A program made the position numbers and the translations under genes. A DNA stretch of 64,000 bases from Alphaproteobacteria bacterium (GTDB lineage: Bacteria; Pseudomonadota; Alphaproteobacteria; Rs-D84): the NCBI GenBank assembly GCA_050943575.1, contig JBMNPL010000002.1, positions 8,073 to 72,072 of the forward strand, read 5' to 3'. Below are positions 49,245-59,102 of the stretch, in pieces. The stretch's first letter is position 1, and every line of letters starts with the position of its first letter. Below the pieces are notes generated by a model. The model saw only the letters and a list, made by a program, of their open reading frames with translations, searched no databases and was not told the DNA's origin.

Positions 49245-49724
49245 TTAATCACTTAATTCTACTGAAACTTTTACAAAACCCGTCGGCACATTATGAACTT
49301 GAACTGAAAAGTTTGCTTTTTCACCAGAACCTAATAATGGTACTGGAGGTGTAAATTTTTGCGATGATACTTCTATGTTTTTATCGTTTTTAATAATAAC
49401 TATTAAATCTGGCACACCATGTAATTTTTCCGATTTATTTTCAATAATACCAGAAACAACTAAAACATCATCAACTGGATGTGCTGATTTCATATGAATA
49501 AATAATGGACCTTGTTTATCTAATGGTGCCCATAAAACCAGCGCAATTAAAGAAAAAGCAGCCAATAATAAAACCAAAACAGATAATAAAAAAACTAAAA
49601 AATTTCTATTTTTTCGTATAATTGGTTTACGCCAAACATGACCACATACAGCACATTTGAATATGTTATTACTTATACTATTAATAGAATAACTTACTTT
49701 GCAAAAAGGGCATGTTATTTTCAT
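49245..49724 (-). CDS. zitP: ZitP-like protein: N-terminal MJ0042-type zinc ribbon, TM helix, C-terminal DUF3426 domain
   Basis: 159 aa. CPFC...(17)...CAVCGH zinc ribbon, then a basic stretch and TM (FLVFLLSVLVLLLAAFSLIALVLW), then a beta-rich periplasmic domain. Confidence 0.5.
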   Translation of the reverse strand: MKITCPFCKVSYSINSISNNIFKCAVCGHVWRKPIIRKNRNFLVFLLSVLVLLLAAFSLIALVLWAPLDKQGPLFIHMKSAHPVDDVLVVSGIIENKSEKLHGVPDLIVIIKNDKNIEVSSQKFTPPVPLLGSGEKANFSVQVHNVPTGFVKVSVELSD

Positions 49725-49771
49725 TTTTTATTCATTTATCGTTGTTAATAATATCTATATTATATTTTGTA

Positions 49772-51076
49772 TTACTCTAAATTCAAGTTATTATATTTTT
49801 GAGTCACACGATTTTTAATTTCATTTATTGCCTTGGTATAATCTGAAATTGTAGCATTATTGTTTGCCGCAACACTTCTTATTATTGTTTCCGTTTCAGT
49901 TTTTATAGTTTTTGATTCTTTGTTAATCGCTGATTTTAATAATGGATTCAACACGCCACATAAAATGTCTGATAGGTGTGCCACATCTGTTTGTAAATCC
50001 CAATAATATGAAGAATCTGCAGGATCTTCTATACGTTCAGTTATATTTATTTTTGGTGCAACAGAACCAGTATATCCAACAGTTACCGTTCTGGCAGTAA
50101 CTCTACCTCTTGTTACATCCATAATATTACTAATTTTTAAAGTTGCAGATTTATCGCTACCATTAACTGATAACCAATTTAAATTTAAATCTCTAACCCA
50201 TAATTCATTAGCTTCAAGTCTGGAAAATCTACCTGTGTCACCTAATAATAATTCTCCAGAAATTTCCGCGTTTCTTGAATCTGATGTAAGTGTACCCATC
50301 ACCAATGTTTCCCCTGTAATTTTTAATTGTGTATCTAATTCTGTCCGTGGTGAAATTTGAACTTTTTGAGCAACAATCGAATCAGATTTAAGAATTTCTG
50401 TAAAATCTGAATTACGTGCATCTATTGATAAAATATTGTTTATATTATTTCCACCCATTAGTAAATTTGAAGACATGGAAGAATCAAAGGAATTTTTAGA
50501 AGGTGTGCGCCATAAAAAATCACCACCAGATAAAAGTGTTTTCGTCCCACCAACAATAGAATTTTTACCCAATTGAGCATCAAAAATATTTGTCCTAGAA
50601 CGCCATGTACCAAATGCACCATGTGCATGATTTTTATCTATAAATCCTGATGATACACCACCAAGCTCTGCTATTTCACGAGTGCGTAATGGGGATATAT
50701 CTGCAGAATTATATATAACCATACCAGATAATACAGAATGCCCCGCCATATCCCGAGATTTTATTATGCGCGCCTGAAATTTATCATGATCTTTTGGAAT
50801 ATTCCCATATTTAGCTAAATCACGAATTTTAACCTTGGTAATCACACGCCCCGTTGGTTCAAATAATTTGATTTTATGTGCAATCATATATCTTTCTAAT
50901 GCATCTTTAGTTATATCAATATCTCTTGCTATACGAACATTTTCAGCACGTTTAGCACGATCATTTAACTCGCGCATAACAAACGGTAAAATAGAAGCAG
51001 CAATTGCTAAAGATAAAAGAATTTCTAGCAACATCCCGCCAAATTCATTCTTAAAAAATTTATTTTTATTCATCAT
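49772..51076 (-). CDS. large type IV prepilin-like protein (third of three)
   Basis: 434 aa. Basic leader MMNKNKFFKNEFG, then GMLLEILLSLAIAASILPF (G|xxxxE with E at +5) and a hydrophobic alpha1-like segment. The remainder is beta-rich with Ser/Thr/Asn repeats. Confidence 0.45.
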   Translation of the reverse strand: MMNKNKFFKNEFGGMLLEILLSLAIAASILPFVMRELNDRAKRAENVRIARDIDITKDALERYMIAHKIKLFEPTGRVITKVKIRDLAKYGNIPKDHDKFQARIIKSRDMAGHSVLSGMVIYNSADISPLRTREIAELGGVSSGFIDKNHAHGAFGTWRSRTNIFDAQLGKNSIVGGTKTLLSGGDFLWRTPSKNSFDSSMSSNLLMGGNNINNILSIDARNSDFTEILKSDSIVAQKVQISPRTELDTQLKITGETLVMGTLTSDSRNAEISGELLLGDTGRFSRLEANELWVRDLNLNWLSVNGSDKSATLKISNIMDVTRGRVTARTVTVGYTGSVAPKINITERIEDPADSSYYWDLQTDVAHLSDILCGVLNPLLKSAINKESKTIKTETETIIRSVAANNNATISDYTKAINEIKNRVTQKYNNLNLE

Positions 51077-51093
51077 GTTTTATTACTTGTAAA

Positions 51094-52341
51094 TTACATA
51101 TCTTGCCATCCACTGGTAATTATTGGCAAAAAATCGTTATTATTTGGTACAATAAGCGTTTCACCAATTTCATTATTATTTACCTTTTTTAAAAACAAAT
51201 TAGAAAATCTGGGACCATTAATCGATGGGAAATACCATCTCCCTAACCTAATTGGAGCACCGCCTGTACTAGAATATAATAATTCACCCGAGATTGTTAT
51301 TCCGAAATCTTTTTGAAAAATTAAATTATCAGTGGATAAAAAAGGTGTCGCAATAGATTGAGCGCGAATACCCGCAAAGCTTGTAATTATCCTTGAACTT
51401 TCGGACCGAACAATCATATCATTTTGAACATGTATTGGGCCATTTATATTTACCATATCTACAATTATATCTCCGCGAGAAGACCATGATGATCCGGATG
51501 ATGTACCAATACCTTTTAATTTATCCGCTGTAATATTTCTGAAACCAGAAATATCATCGCTTACATTTATCGATTCAAACTCTGCATTAGATGCATCTAT
51601 TGACATACCTTCGGGAAAAAAGATCTCTTTTGTTTTAATAATTCCCGATTCAACAAACCATGTTTTTACATTTGTTGAATTTAAAGTTTTGGCATTTATT
51701 TTTCCAATATCAAAAATATTATTCTTTACCATATCTATATCTCGATACATAGTATTCAATTCTATATTATCTAAATATATTCTATGTAAATATTTATACG
51801 AATCATCTTTTCCTAAAATGTCAGATATTCTAAAAATTAAATCGCCTTCGCTAAATAATTCTGATGAAATACCCCATCCCGCAGAACTAATAGCTTCACC
51901 ACCAGATTCTACAATTGCAGCATCTGTACCTAAATTCCTTACAATATTTGCTACTCTAATTTTTTTTATTTTAATCGGTCTAAATGCAATATATGCATTT
52001 ATAGAAGTTCCACTAGAATCTTCGCGTTTCTCAATAAATCCGGCATAAGGGTCTAATAAACGATTATCACCTTTATTAAGAATTTTTAGTTGATTTTGAT
52101 TAAATTCTACTTGTGCATTTGATGGCCAATCAGATTGATTTTTACGAACATAAGCCATAATAGGATCGCCCCAAGCTATAATATGCTTTGATTCGCTAAT
52201 ATCCGCAATCTGATTACTCATATTTATCGCACCATTATATGCAAATGGTATTATTGCACCAACAATTGCTATAGCCAGCAGAGTTTCTATCAACCCTGCA
52301 CCTTTTTGTTCTTTATAAAAATCTCTGTTTTTGTTTTTCAA
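51094..52341 (-). CDS. large type IV prepilin-like protein (second of three)
   Basis: 415 aa. Leader MKNKNRDFYKEQKG, then mature AGLIETLLAIAIVGAIIPFAY, a textbook class III signal with E5. Confidence 0.5.
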   Translation of the reverse strand: MKNKNRDFYKEQKGAGLIETLLAIAIVGAIIPFAYNGAINMSNQIADISESKHIIAWGDPIMAYVRKNQSDWPSNAQVEFNQNQLKILNKGDNRLLDPYAGFIEKREDSSGTSINAYIAFRPIKIKKIRVANIVRNLGTDAAIVESGGEAISSAGWGISSELFSEGDLIFRISDILGKDDSYKYLHRIYLDNIELNTMYRDIDMVKNNIFDIGKINAKTLNSTNVKTWFVESGIIKTKEIFFPEGMSIDASNAEFESINVSDDISGFRNITADKLKGIGTSSGSSWSSRGDIIVDMVNINGPIHVQNDMIVRSESSRIITSFAGIRAQSIATPFLSTDNLIFQKDFGITISGELLYSSTGGAPIRLGRWYFPSINGPRFSNLFLKKVNNNEIGETLIVPNNNDFLPIITSGWQDM

Positions 52342-52345
52342 TTAA

Positions 52346-53782
52346 TCACTCACAATTAGTTTGTCCATTTATTTTACATTGCTTTATGTTTATACGACGC
52401 TCTAATCTTTGCCAAAAAACGAACTGACAAACAATGTTTTGAGATATGGAATTTGAATTATATGCCGGGGCTGAAGGTAAAGAAGAAATTATTGTTTTAC
52501 AACTAACTACTTCACCATCATCTAGATCTGGATTTTTAAGTATTTGAAATTCATCATTATTTATTGTATCAGATAAAACATCCGGCAAAACAGAAACACC
52601 AGCCGGTCTAATATCCATAACTATTGCGCCATCAATACCAGATAATAAAGCACTTGAAACCTGATCTCGTAAAGTTATAAATGCTGTGCTTATTTTTTGT
52701 GCCTCTATCCCACTTTTTGTCGCATATGTTAATTCATATTCATCAATAAATACATCTTGACCACGTGATGCGTTTATAAATCCATTTATTTCTATATGTT
52801 CTGTATCTATAGAAATATTATTTAAAATAACATCACTATGAACATTCCAATCATACATCCCATAAAATCCAGTTCTTCCGACAGACATTGATAAAGAATT
52901 TATTAAAGCTGTATTAACATAAACATAACCTGGTAATCCATATTTAAACAAATATCGCCCTGATAACGAATTAGTTTTTAAATTACCACGATAAATATTT
53001 AATGGATTATCGCCATTGTTTGATTGAAATACTGCACGATCAGAAGTTAAATAATTTATTTTATTTTTAAATCTTCTGTTATCACTAGAACCAACAATAG
53101 AAAGAGTATTAAAATTTCCATTATTTAAGTCTGCGTTTTTAGATACTAATGATGTGATATTTTTTATAGAAAAATTTCCCATATTTAAATCTGTATAAAA
53201 TTTTGACCTATCAGGATCATTCGTTTTTCGACGAACCAATTCTGAAAAATCATCATTAGTTGATACCAAAACATAAATAGCAGAAATATCCGGTTTTATC
53301 CCATAATCTTTTAAATTCTTATTCCATCCGCCTACCCCTTGTAAAACACCATTCTTATCCGATGTTGCAGCATTAGGCCCAATACGCGATATTAACTCTC
53401 TACGTTTTACTTCTGAAAGATCTCCATTATGCAAAATTATTAAACTTAATATTTCAGATTCATTTTTCACTGTTAAAAGTGATATTTTTTGTCCTATAAT
53501 TGTTTGAGGAATAAACCCTAATGGTAATCCAAATGGTTCTAATAAATCTGAAAAGTCTTCACCAGCAATATTTTGTTGACCATAAGCAAGATTATCTTTA
53601 CTTACTCTAATAAATTCTCGAGCAGCACGTACCGCACTATTAGTTTGCTGTGCAATCGCATTTAACGAATAGTCATTTTTTCTTGATGATAGTTTTTGTG
53701 CCAAAAAAGGCATAAAAATCATAACTAAAGCAACTGCTAACAAAGCTTGCAGTAAAAAATTTCCACGGGATTCGCTTTGCAA
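52346..53782 (-). CDS. large type IV prepilin-like protein (first of three; Q at +5)
   Basis: 478 aa. Short leader MQSESRG, then NFLLQALLAVALVMIFMPFL. As in minor pseudopilins of the GspK/PilX type, Q replaces the usual E5. Confidence 0.4.
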   Translation of the reverse strand: MQSESRGNFLLQALLAVALVMIFMPFLAQKLSSRKNDYSLNAIAQQTNSAVRAAREFIRVSKDNLAYGQQNIAGEDFSDLLEPFGLPLGFIPQTIIGQKISLLTVKNESEILSLIILHNGDLSEVKRRELISRIGPNAATSDKNGVLQGVGGWNKNLKDYGIKPDISAIYVLVSTNDDFSELVRRKTNDPDRSKFYTDLNMGNFSIKNITSLVSKNADLNNGNFNTLSIVGSSDNRRFKNKINYLTSDRAVFQSNNGDNPLNIYRGNLKTNSLSGRYLFKYGLPGYVYVNTALINSLSMSVGRTGFYGMYDWNVHSDVILNNISIDTEHIEINGFINASRGQDVFIDEYELTYATKSGIEAQKISTAFITLRDQVSSALLSGIDGAIVMDIRPAGVSVLPDVLSDTINNDEFQILKNPDLDDGEVVSCKTIISSLPSAPAYNSNSISQNIVCQFVFWQRLERRINIKQCKINGQTNCE

Positions 53783-53828
53783 AATATGTCCCCCCTACGT
53801 ATTTGATAATAACTATAAAAAAATTTTA

Positions 53829-53857
53829 TTGCAATTGGTTTTAACACGTTGTAATAT
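53829..53857 (+). promoter_or_regulatory. sigma70-like promoter (TTGCAA, 17 nt spacer, TAATAT) upstream of the DUF4167 gene
   Basis: Hexamers with ideal spacing, 68 nt upstream of the ATG at 53925, in the divergent intergenic region. Confidence 0.3.
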
Positions 53858-53924
53858 CAAAATATCGTGAAGTGATTTAATGATTTACTTACGACTTATT
53901 TCCATTATATAAAAAAGAAACAAT

Positions 53925-54221
53925 ATGCAAAACAATAATAATAAAAAACAAATGTCAGTTGGGCTTATGATTCAACGTTGTCATAGATTGCGTCAAAAAC
54001 GGAAACAATATATGGACCAAGCCCGCCAAACAAGCGATTCTATTGAACGTGAAAGAATATTACAAATGGCGGAACATTATGGACGTGTTGTAAACGAAGA
54101 ACAATCTAAAATAGATACCTCGCGTGATCCACGTGATAAATGTAATACAACTTCTGAATCTGTAGAAGAAAAATTAGACGAAGAAGAAAACGGATTTCCC
54201 GACTTTATTTCTCAACTATAA
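53925..54221 (+). CDS. DUF4167-like small basic protein
   Basis: 98 aa. Motif YMDQARQTSDSIERERILQMAEHYGRV, similar to the alphaproteobacterial DUF4167 consensus (...ArdA...GDrv.AE...QHAEHY). Confidence 0.45.
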   Translation: MQNNNNKKQMSVGLMIQRCHRLRQKRKQYMDQARQTSDSIERERILQMAEHYGRVVNEEQSKIDTSRDPRDKCNTTSESVEEKLDEEENGFPDFISQL

Positions 54222-54230
54222 GGTTATAAT

Positions 54231-55514
54231 ATGCTAGATATAAAATTTATTCGCGAAAATCCAAATAAAGTTAAATGGGCTTGTAAGGTTAAAGGGTTTG
54301 ACGATAATATTGATAAAATTTTAGAATTAGATAAACGTGTTCGTGCATTAAAAACCAGTACGCAAACAAAAGTTGCTGAAAAAAATAAAATCACTGCACA
54401 AATTGCAAATGCGACACAAGACACACGAACAACTCTGATTACACAATCAAAACAAATTAATGAACAAATATCTAATGAATTGCAAGAGCTTACAAATGCT
54501 GAAACTATACTAAATGAATTACTTTTATCTATACCCCAAATTCCTAGTGATAATGCCCCAATTGGTAAAGATGATAATGACAATATAGAAGTTAAACGTA
54601 TCGGGACACCACGTGAATTTTCTGGATTTACACTACGTCCACAGTGGGAATTATTAGATATGAACAATTGGTGGATCCCAGAAAAAATCTCCGAAATATG
54701 TGGAACCAGAACTTATGCATTAATGGGTGAAGCAGCAGAACTAGATCTTGCTATACAAACATTTGTTATACAAAAATTAATAACCAAAGGTTTTAAATTT
54801 ATTCAAGTTCCTGCAATTGTAAAAACTAAACCGATTTTTGATGCTGGGCATTTTAAAGGTTCCGACCCCAAAATTATGGAAAATGATGTATTTCAATTAA
54901 CTAGTTTTGATAGATGTTTAGGCGGAACTGCAGAAATTGTTTTAAACTCATTACATAATAATGAAATTTTAAACGAAAAACAATTGCCTATTAAATATGT
55001 GGGTTTTAGCGAATGTTTCCGTAAAGAAGCCGGTGCTGCCGGTCGCGATACTCGCGGAATTATGCGTATTCATGAATTTCATAAAGTTGAACAATATGTT
55101 TTTTGCACACCTGAACAATCTGACGAAATGCACGAACATTTACTAAATAATCTATGTGAAGTTATGGAAGATTTTGAGTTACCTTATCGTGTTTTGGAAT
55201 GTTGTACTGGTGATATGGGATTTAATAAAATTAAAATGAATGATGTTGAGGCTTGGGTTCCAAGTGAAGGTCGATATCGAGAATTAGGTAGTTGTTCGTC
55301 AATTGGAGAATTTCAAGCACGCAGAACCAATACTCGTTATCGTGAAAATAGTACAAACGAAATTAAATTCTGCGCAACATTAAACAATACAGGAATTGCA
55401 CTGCCACGCGCAATTGTGCCAATTATTGAAAATCATCAAAACGCGGATGGATCTGTTAATATTCCAAAAGCTTTACAACCTTTAATGAGTGGAAGAACTA
55501 AAATAGGTGGATAA
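54231..55514 (+). CDS. serS: serine--tRNA ligase
   Basis: 427 aa. N-terminal coiled-coil arm and class II core motifs (FRKEAGAAGRDTRGIMRIHEF). Confidence 0.9.
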   Translation: MLDIKFIRENPNKVKWACKVKGFDDNIDKILELDKRVRALKTSTQTKVAEKNKITAQIANATQDTRTTLITQSKQINEQISNELQELTNAETILNELLLSIPQIPSDNAPIGKDDNDNIEVKRIGTPREFSGFTLRPQWELLDMNNWWIPEKISEICGTRTYALMGEAAELDLAIQTFVIQKLITKGFKFIQVPAIVKTKPIFDAGHFKGSDPKIMENDVFQLTSFDRCLGGTAEIVLNSLHNNEILNEKQLPIKYVGFSECFRKEAGAAGRDTRGIMRIHEFHKVEQYVFCTPEQSDEMHEHLLNNLCEVMEDFELPYRVLECCTGDMGFNKIKMNDVEAWVPSEGRYRELGSCSSIGEFQARRTNTRYRENSTNEIKFCATLNNTGIALPRAIVPIIENHQNADGSVNIPKALQPLMSGRTKIGG

Positions 55515-55656
55515 AAATGGAAAAAGATAATTTTCAAAGATTATCTTTTTTCAGAATTATTAATAAATATATAAAACCCTTACACCTATTGAATTAAAAA
55601 GATTAGAACAAATAATAAAAACTAAAGTTTTAAGTAAATAACCGTAGTAATAAAAA

Positions 55657-57489
55657 ATGAAAATTAGAAACATAGCAATTATTGCACACGTTGATCATGG
55701 AAAAACAACCCTTGTTGATAATATGTTAAAACAAGCCGGAACTTTTCGCGATAATGAACGTGTAAATGAACGAGTAATGGATAGCGGTGATATAGAACGC
55801 GAACGTGGGATTACTATTTCCGCAAAACCAACTAGTATTCTATGGAAAGATTACAAAATCAATATTGTTGATACACCTGGGCATGCTGATTTTGGCGGTG
55901 AAGTTGAACGTATTTTAAATATGGTTGATGGTGTAGTATTGTTAGTAGATGCATCAGAAGGCCCCATGCCACAAACTAAATTTGTATTATCTAAAGCATT
56001 GAAACTAGGACTCCGCCCCATCGTTTGTATAAACAAAATTGATAAACAAGATGCACGCCCAGACGAAGTTCTTAGTGAAACTTTTGATCTGTTTGATAAA
56101 CTAGGTGCAACTGATGCTCAGCTTGATTTTCCATATGTTTATGCCGCCGGTCGTGATGGTTGGGCTGTTCGTGATTTAAAAAATGATAAAGGTAAAAATT
56201 TAATACCTTTATTTCAATTGATTATTGATCATGTCCCAGCACCCGATTGTGGTGAATCAGGTAAATGTGATATAAATGCCCCATTTCGTATGCTGGTAAC
56301 AACATTAGAAGCAGACCCATATGTAGGTAGAATTTTAACTGGAAAAATTGAATCTGGAACAATACGTGTTGGTCAATCAGTTAAAGCAATTAATATGCAA
56401 GGTGAATTTATCGAGAATGCTAAAATAACAAAAATTATAGAACATTGTGGTATTGAAAAATCATCTCTGGAATCTGCTAATGCCGGAGATATTGTTGTTA
56501 TTGCTGGTTTTAATAAAGCAACAGTTGCTGATACTTTATGCGATCCATCAATAAACGAACCCATTGATGCATTACCAATAGATCCACCAACATTAACTAT
56601 GACATTTTTTGTTAATACTAGCCCATTAGCCGGTAAAAGTGGTGGTAAAAAACTAACCAGCCGAATGATTGGTGAAAGATTGTTTAAAGAAGCTGAAACA
56701 AATATCGCATTGCGTGTAACACAAAGTACAAACAACGAAGCTTTTGAAGTATCTGGTCGAGGTGAATTACAGCTTGGTATTTTGATTGAAACAATGCGTC
56801 GTGAAGGGTTTGAACTTTCTGTATCCAGACCACATGTTGTGTTTCAAAAAGATAAAGATGGAAATGACCTGGAACCAATTGAAGATGTTGTAATTGATGT
56901 TGATGATGAATTTTCAGGTATCGTTATTGAAAAAATGACTAAACGTAAAGCTGTAATTACAGAAATGAAACCATCTGGTATCGGTAAAACACGTATTGTT
57001 TTTTCAGCCCCTTCACGCGGATTGATAGGTTATTTATCAGAATTTAGAACTGATACTCGTGGCACTGGGATTATGAATCGCATATTTAATAAATACGATT
57101 TTTATCGCGGAGATATAGAAACATATAGACCTGGTGTTTTAGTATCTATGGAAAATGGTACAGCAACAACTTATGCTTTATTTAATTTGCAACCACGCGG
57201 AACATTATTTATTAAACCACAAACTTTAGTATACAATGGAATGATTATCGGTGAACATACCAAAGAAAATGATCTGGAAGTAAATCCAGTTAAAGGTAAA
57301 GAATTAACAAATGTGCGCAGTGTTATAGCAGATGAAAAATTATTCTTATCACCACCCAGACAAATATCATTAGAAGAAGCCTTATCTTATATTCAAGATG
57401 ATGAACTAGTGGAAGTAACACCACAAATTATCAGACTTAGAAAAAAAGAATTAAACGCAACATTAAGAAAAAAAGATAGAAAAAATTAA
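55657..57489 (+). CDS. typA: translational GTPase TypA/BipA
   Basis: 610 aa. G1 AHVDHGKTTL, G3 DTPGHADF. EF-G-like domains and the BipA C-terminal domain. Confidence 0.9.
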   Translation: MKIRNIAIIAHVDHGKTTLVDNMLKQAGTFRDNERVNERVMDSGDIERERGITISAKPTSILWKDYKINIVDTPGHADFGGEVERILNMVDGVVLLVDASEGPMPQTKFVLSKALKLGLRPIVCINKIDKQDARPDEVLSETFDLFDKLGATDAQLDFPYVYAAGRDGWAVRDLKNDKGKNLIPLFQLIIDHVPAPDCGESGKCDINAPFRMLVTTLEADPYVGRILTGKIESGTIRVGQSVKAINMQGEFIENAKITKIIEHCGIEKSSLESANAGDIVVIAGFNKATVADTLCDPSINEPIDALPIDPPTLTMTFFVNTSPLAGKSGGKKLTSRMIGERLFKEAETNIALRVTQSTNNEAFEVSGRGELQLGILIETMRREGFELSVSRPHVVFQKDKDGNDLEPIEDVVIDVDDEFSGIVIEKMTKRKAVITEMKPSGIGKTRIVFSAPSRGLIGYLSEFRTDTRGTGIMNRIFNKYDFYRGDIETYRPGVLVSMENGTATTYALFNLQPRGTLFIKPQTLVYNGMIIGEHTKENDLEVNPVKGKELTNVRSVIADEKLFLSPPRQISLEEALSYIQDDELVEVTPQIIRLRKKELNATLRKKDRKN

Positions 57490-57517
57490 AAAAGCCGGTT
57501 AAGACCAGCTTTTTTAA
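57490..57517. terminator. rho-independent terminator between convergent typA and kdsA
   Basis: 7-bp stem with one mismatch (agccggt/accagct) plus T6. Confidence 0.4.
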
Positions 57518-58350
57518 ATAATTATTAAATTAGATTTAGCAATTTCATCTATTTGTTTCCAGATTTTCAATTCTTTTTCCATATCTGAAAGTTTAATCAT
57601 ATTTGGTCCATCACATGGTGCAGAATCTGGATTATCATGAACCTCTGTAAATACTGCCGCTACACCAATTGCTAATGCGGCACGTGCAATAACAGGGGCA
57701 AGACGTCTATCACCACCACTGGTACAACCACTACTTGCTGGCTGTTGAATTCCGTGTGTTGCATCAATCACGACAGGTACACCCAACGATGACATCCATG
57801 GAATACTGCGCATATCAACAACATAATTATTATAACCAAAACTAGTACCACGTTCACATAATAAAATATTTTCATTCCCAGAATCATACATTTTACCTAA
57901 TGTAGATTTCATATCATGTGGTGCAGACCATTGTGGTTTTTTTATATTTATCGGTTTTCCTGTTTTAGCCGCTGACACTAATAAATCTGTCTGTCGTGCT
58001 AAAAAAGCCGGTATTTGTAAAATATCAACATGTGGTGCAACAATCTCAGCTTGATCAGGTAAATGAATATCTGTAATACACGCACATCCAATTTTTTCAC
58101 GAATTTCATCAAATACTTTCATTGAATAATCTAAACCTGCCCCGCGCTTTGATGAAATTGATGTTCTGTTTGCTTTATCAAAACTAGTTTTAAATACAAA
58201 TGGTATTCCTAATTTATTAGTTATTTTTGTTAAATTTTCAGCCATAAACATTGCATGATCTCGTGATTCCAGTGCACATGGTCCAGCAATTAAAACAAAT
58301 GGTAAATCATTTCCAAAAACAACTTTATCTGAAATTTTTATGTGTTTCAT
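57514..58350 (-). CDS. kdsA: 3-deoxy-8-phosphooctulonate synthase
   Basis: Start at MKHIKISDKVVFGNDLPFVLIAGPC with an ATGA overlap to the kdsB stop. KDO8P synthase motifs (GPCALES, KTSFDKANRTS). Confidence 0.8.
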   Translation of the reverse strand: MKHIKISDKVVFGNDLPFVLIAGPCALESRDHAMFMAENLTKITNKLGIPFVFKTSFDKANRTSISSKRGAGLDYSMKVFDEIREKIGCACITDIHLPDQAEIVAPHVDILQIPAFLARQTDLLVSAAKTGKPINIKKPQWSAPHDMKSTLGKMYDSGNENILLCERGTSFGYNNYVVDMRSIPWMSSLGVPVVIDATHGIQQPASSGCTSGGDRRLAPVIARAALAIGVAAVFTEVHDNPDSAPCDGPNMIKLSDMEKELKIWKQIDEIAKSNLIII

Positions 58351-59102
58351 TTTATATATTTCCTTATTTCTTCCAAATCCTCTGCAGTATTTACATCTGC
58401 TGGTGCACATTTATCTATTCGAGTATCATCCAAAATAACTGCGAAAACACTCATACCATTTTCCAAAAATCGTAATTGTTCTAAACTTTCTGTTTTTTCC
58501 AATTCGCCAACTGGTAATTCAATAAATTTGCGTAAAGATTTTAAATTATACGCATACATTCCAATATGCCAAAAAGCTTTGTCAGTACACCCTTCTTTAC
58601 GATTGAACGGAATCGGACTGCGTGAAAAATACAAACAACGTCCGCTTGATTGAACTATTGCCACCTTTACAACAGAGGAATTCATAATTAATTTTTCATC
58701 ATCTATTGGTTGAACTACCGTTACTAAGTCTGCATTATTTTTTTCTAATATTTCTGCCAAATGTTGACTTATTTTTGGATTTACATTTACATCATCACCT
58801 TGAAAATTTATAACAAAGTCGTATTTATCACCATTTGGATCAATTATATCTAATGCTTGAGCAATACGATCTGTACCAGATGGACAATTTGGATCTGTCA
58901 TAATTGCTTGTGCACCAAAACTAATTGCATGTTGAAAATATTCATCATTATCAATAGCAATATAAACATCATTTGGATTAAATTCTGTAATAACTGATTC
59001 ATAAACCCGCTGCATTAATGATTTTCCATTAATATCAACCAAATGCTTTTTTGCCAATCTTTCAGATCCTGCACGACAAGGAATTATTACACATGTTTTC
59101 AT
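58347..59102 (-). CDS. kdsB: 3-deoxy-manno-octulosonate cytidylyltransferase
   Basis: 251 aa. N-terminal IIPCRAGSERLAKK motif. Confidence 0.8.
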   Translation of the reverse strand: MKTCVIIPCRAGSERLAKKHLVDINGKSLMQRVYESVITEFNPNDVYIAIDNDEYFQHAISFGAQAIMTDPNCPSGTDRIAQALDIIDPNGDKYDFVINFQGDDVNVNPKISQHLAEILEKNNADLVTVVQPIDDEKLIMNSSVVKVAIVQSSGRCLYFSRSPIPFNRKEGCTDKAFWHIGMYAYNLKSLRKFIELPVGELEKTESLEQLRFLENGMSVFAVILDDTRIDKCAPADVNTAEDLEEIRKYIK

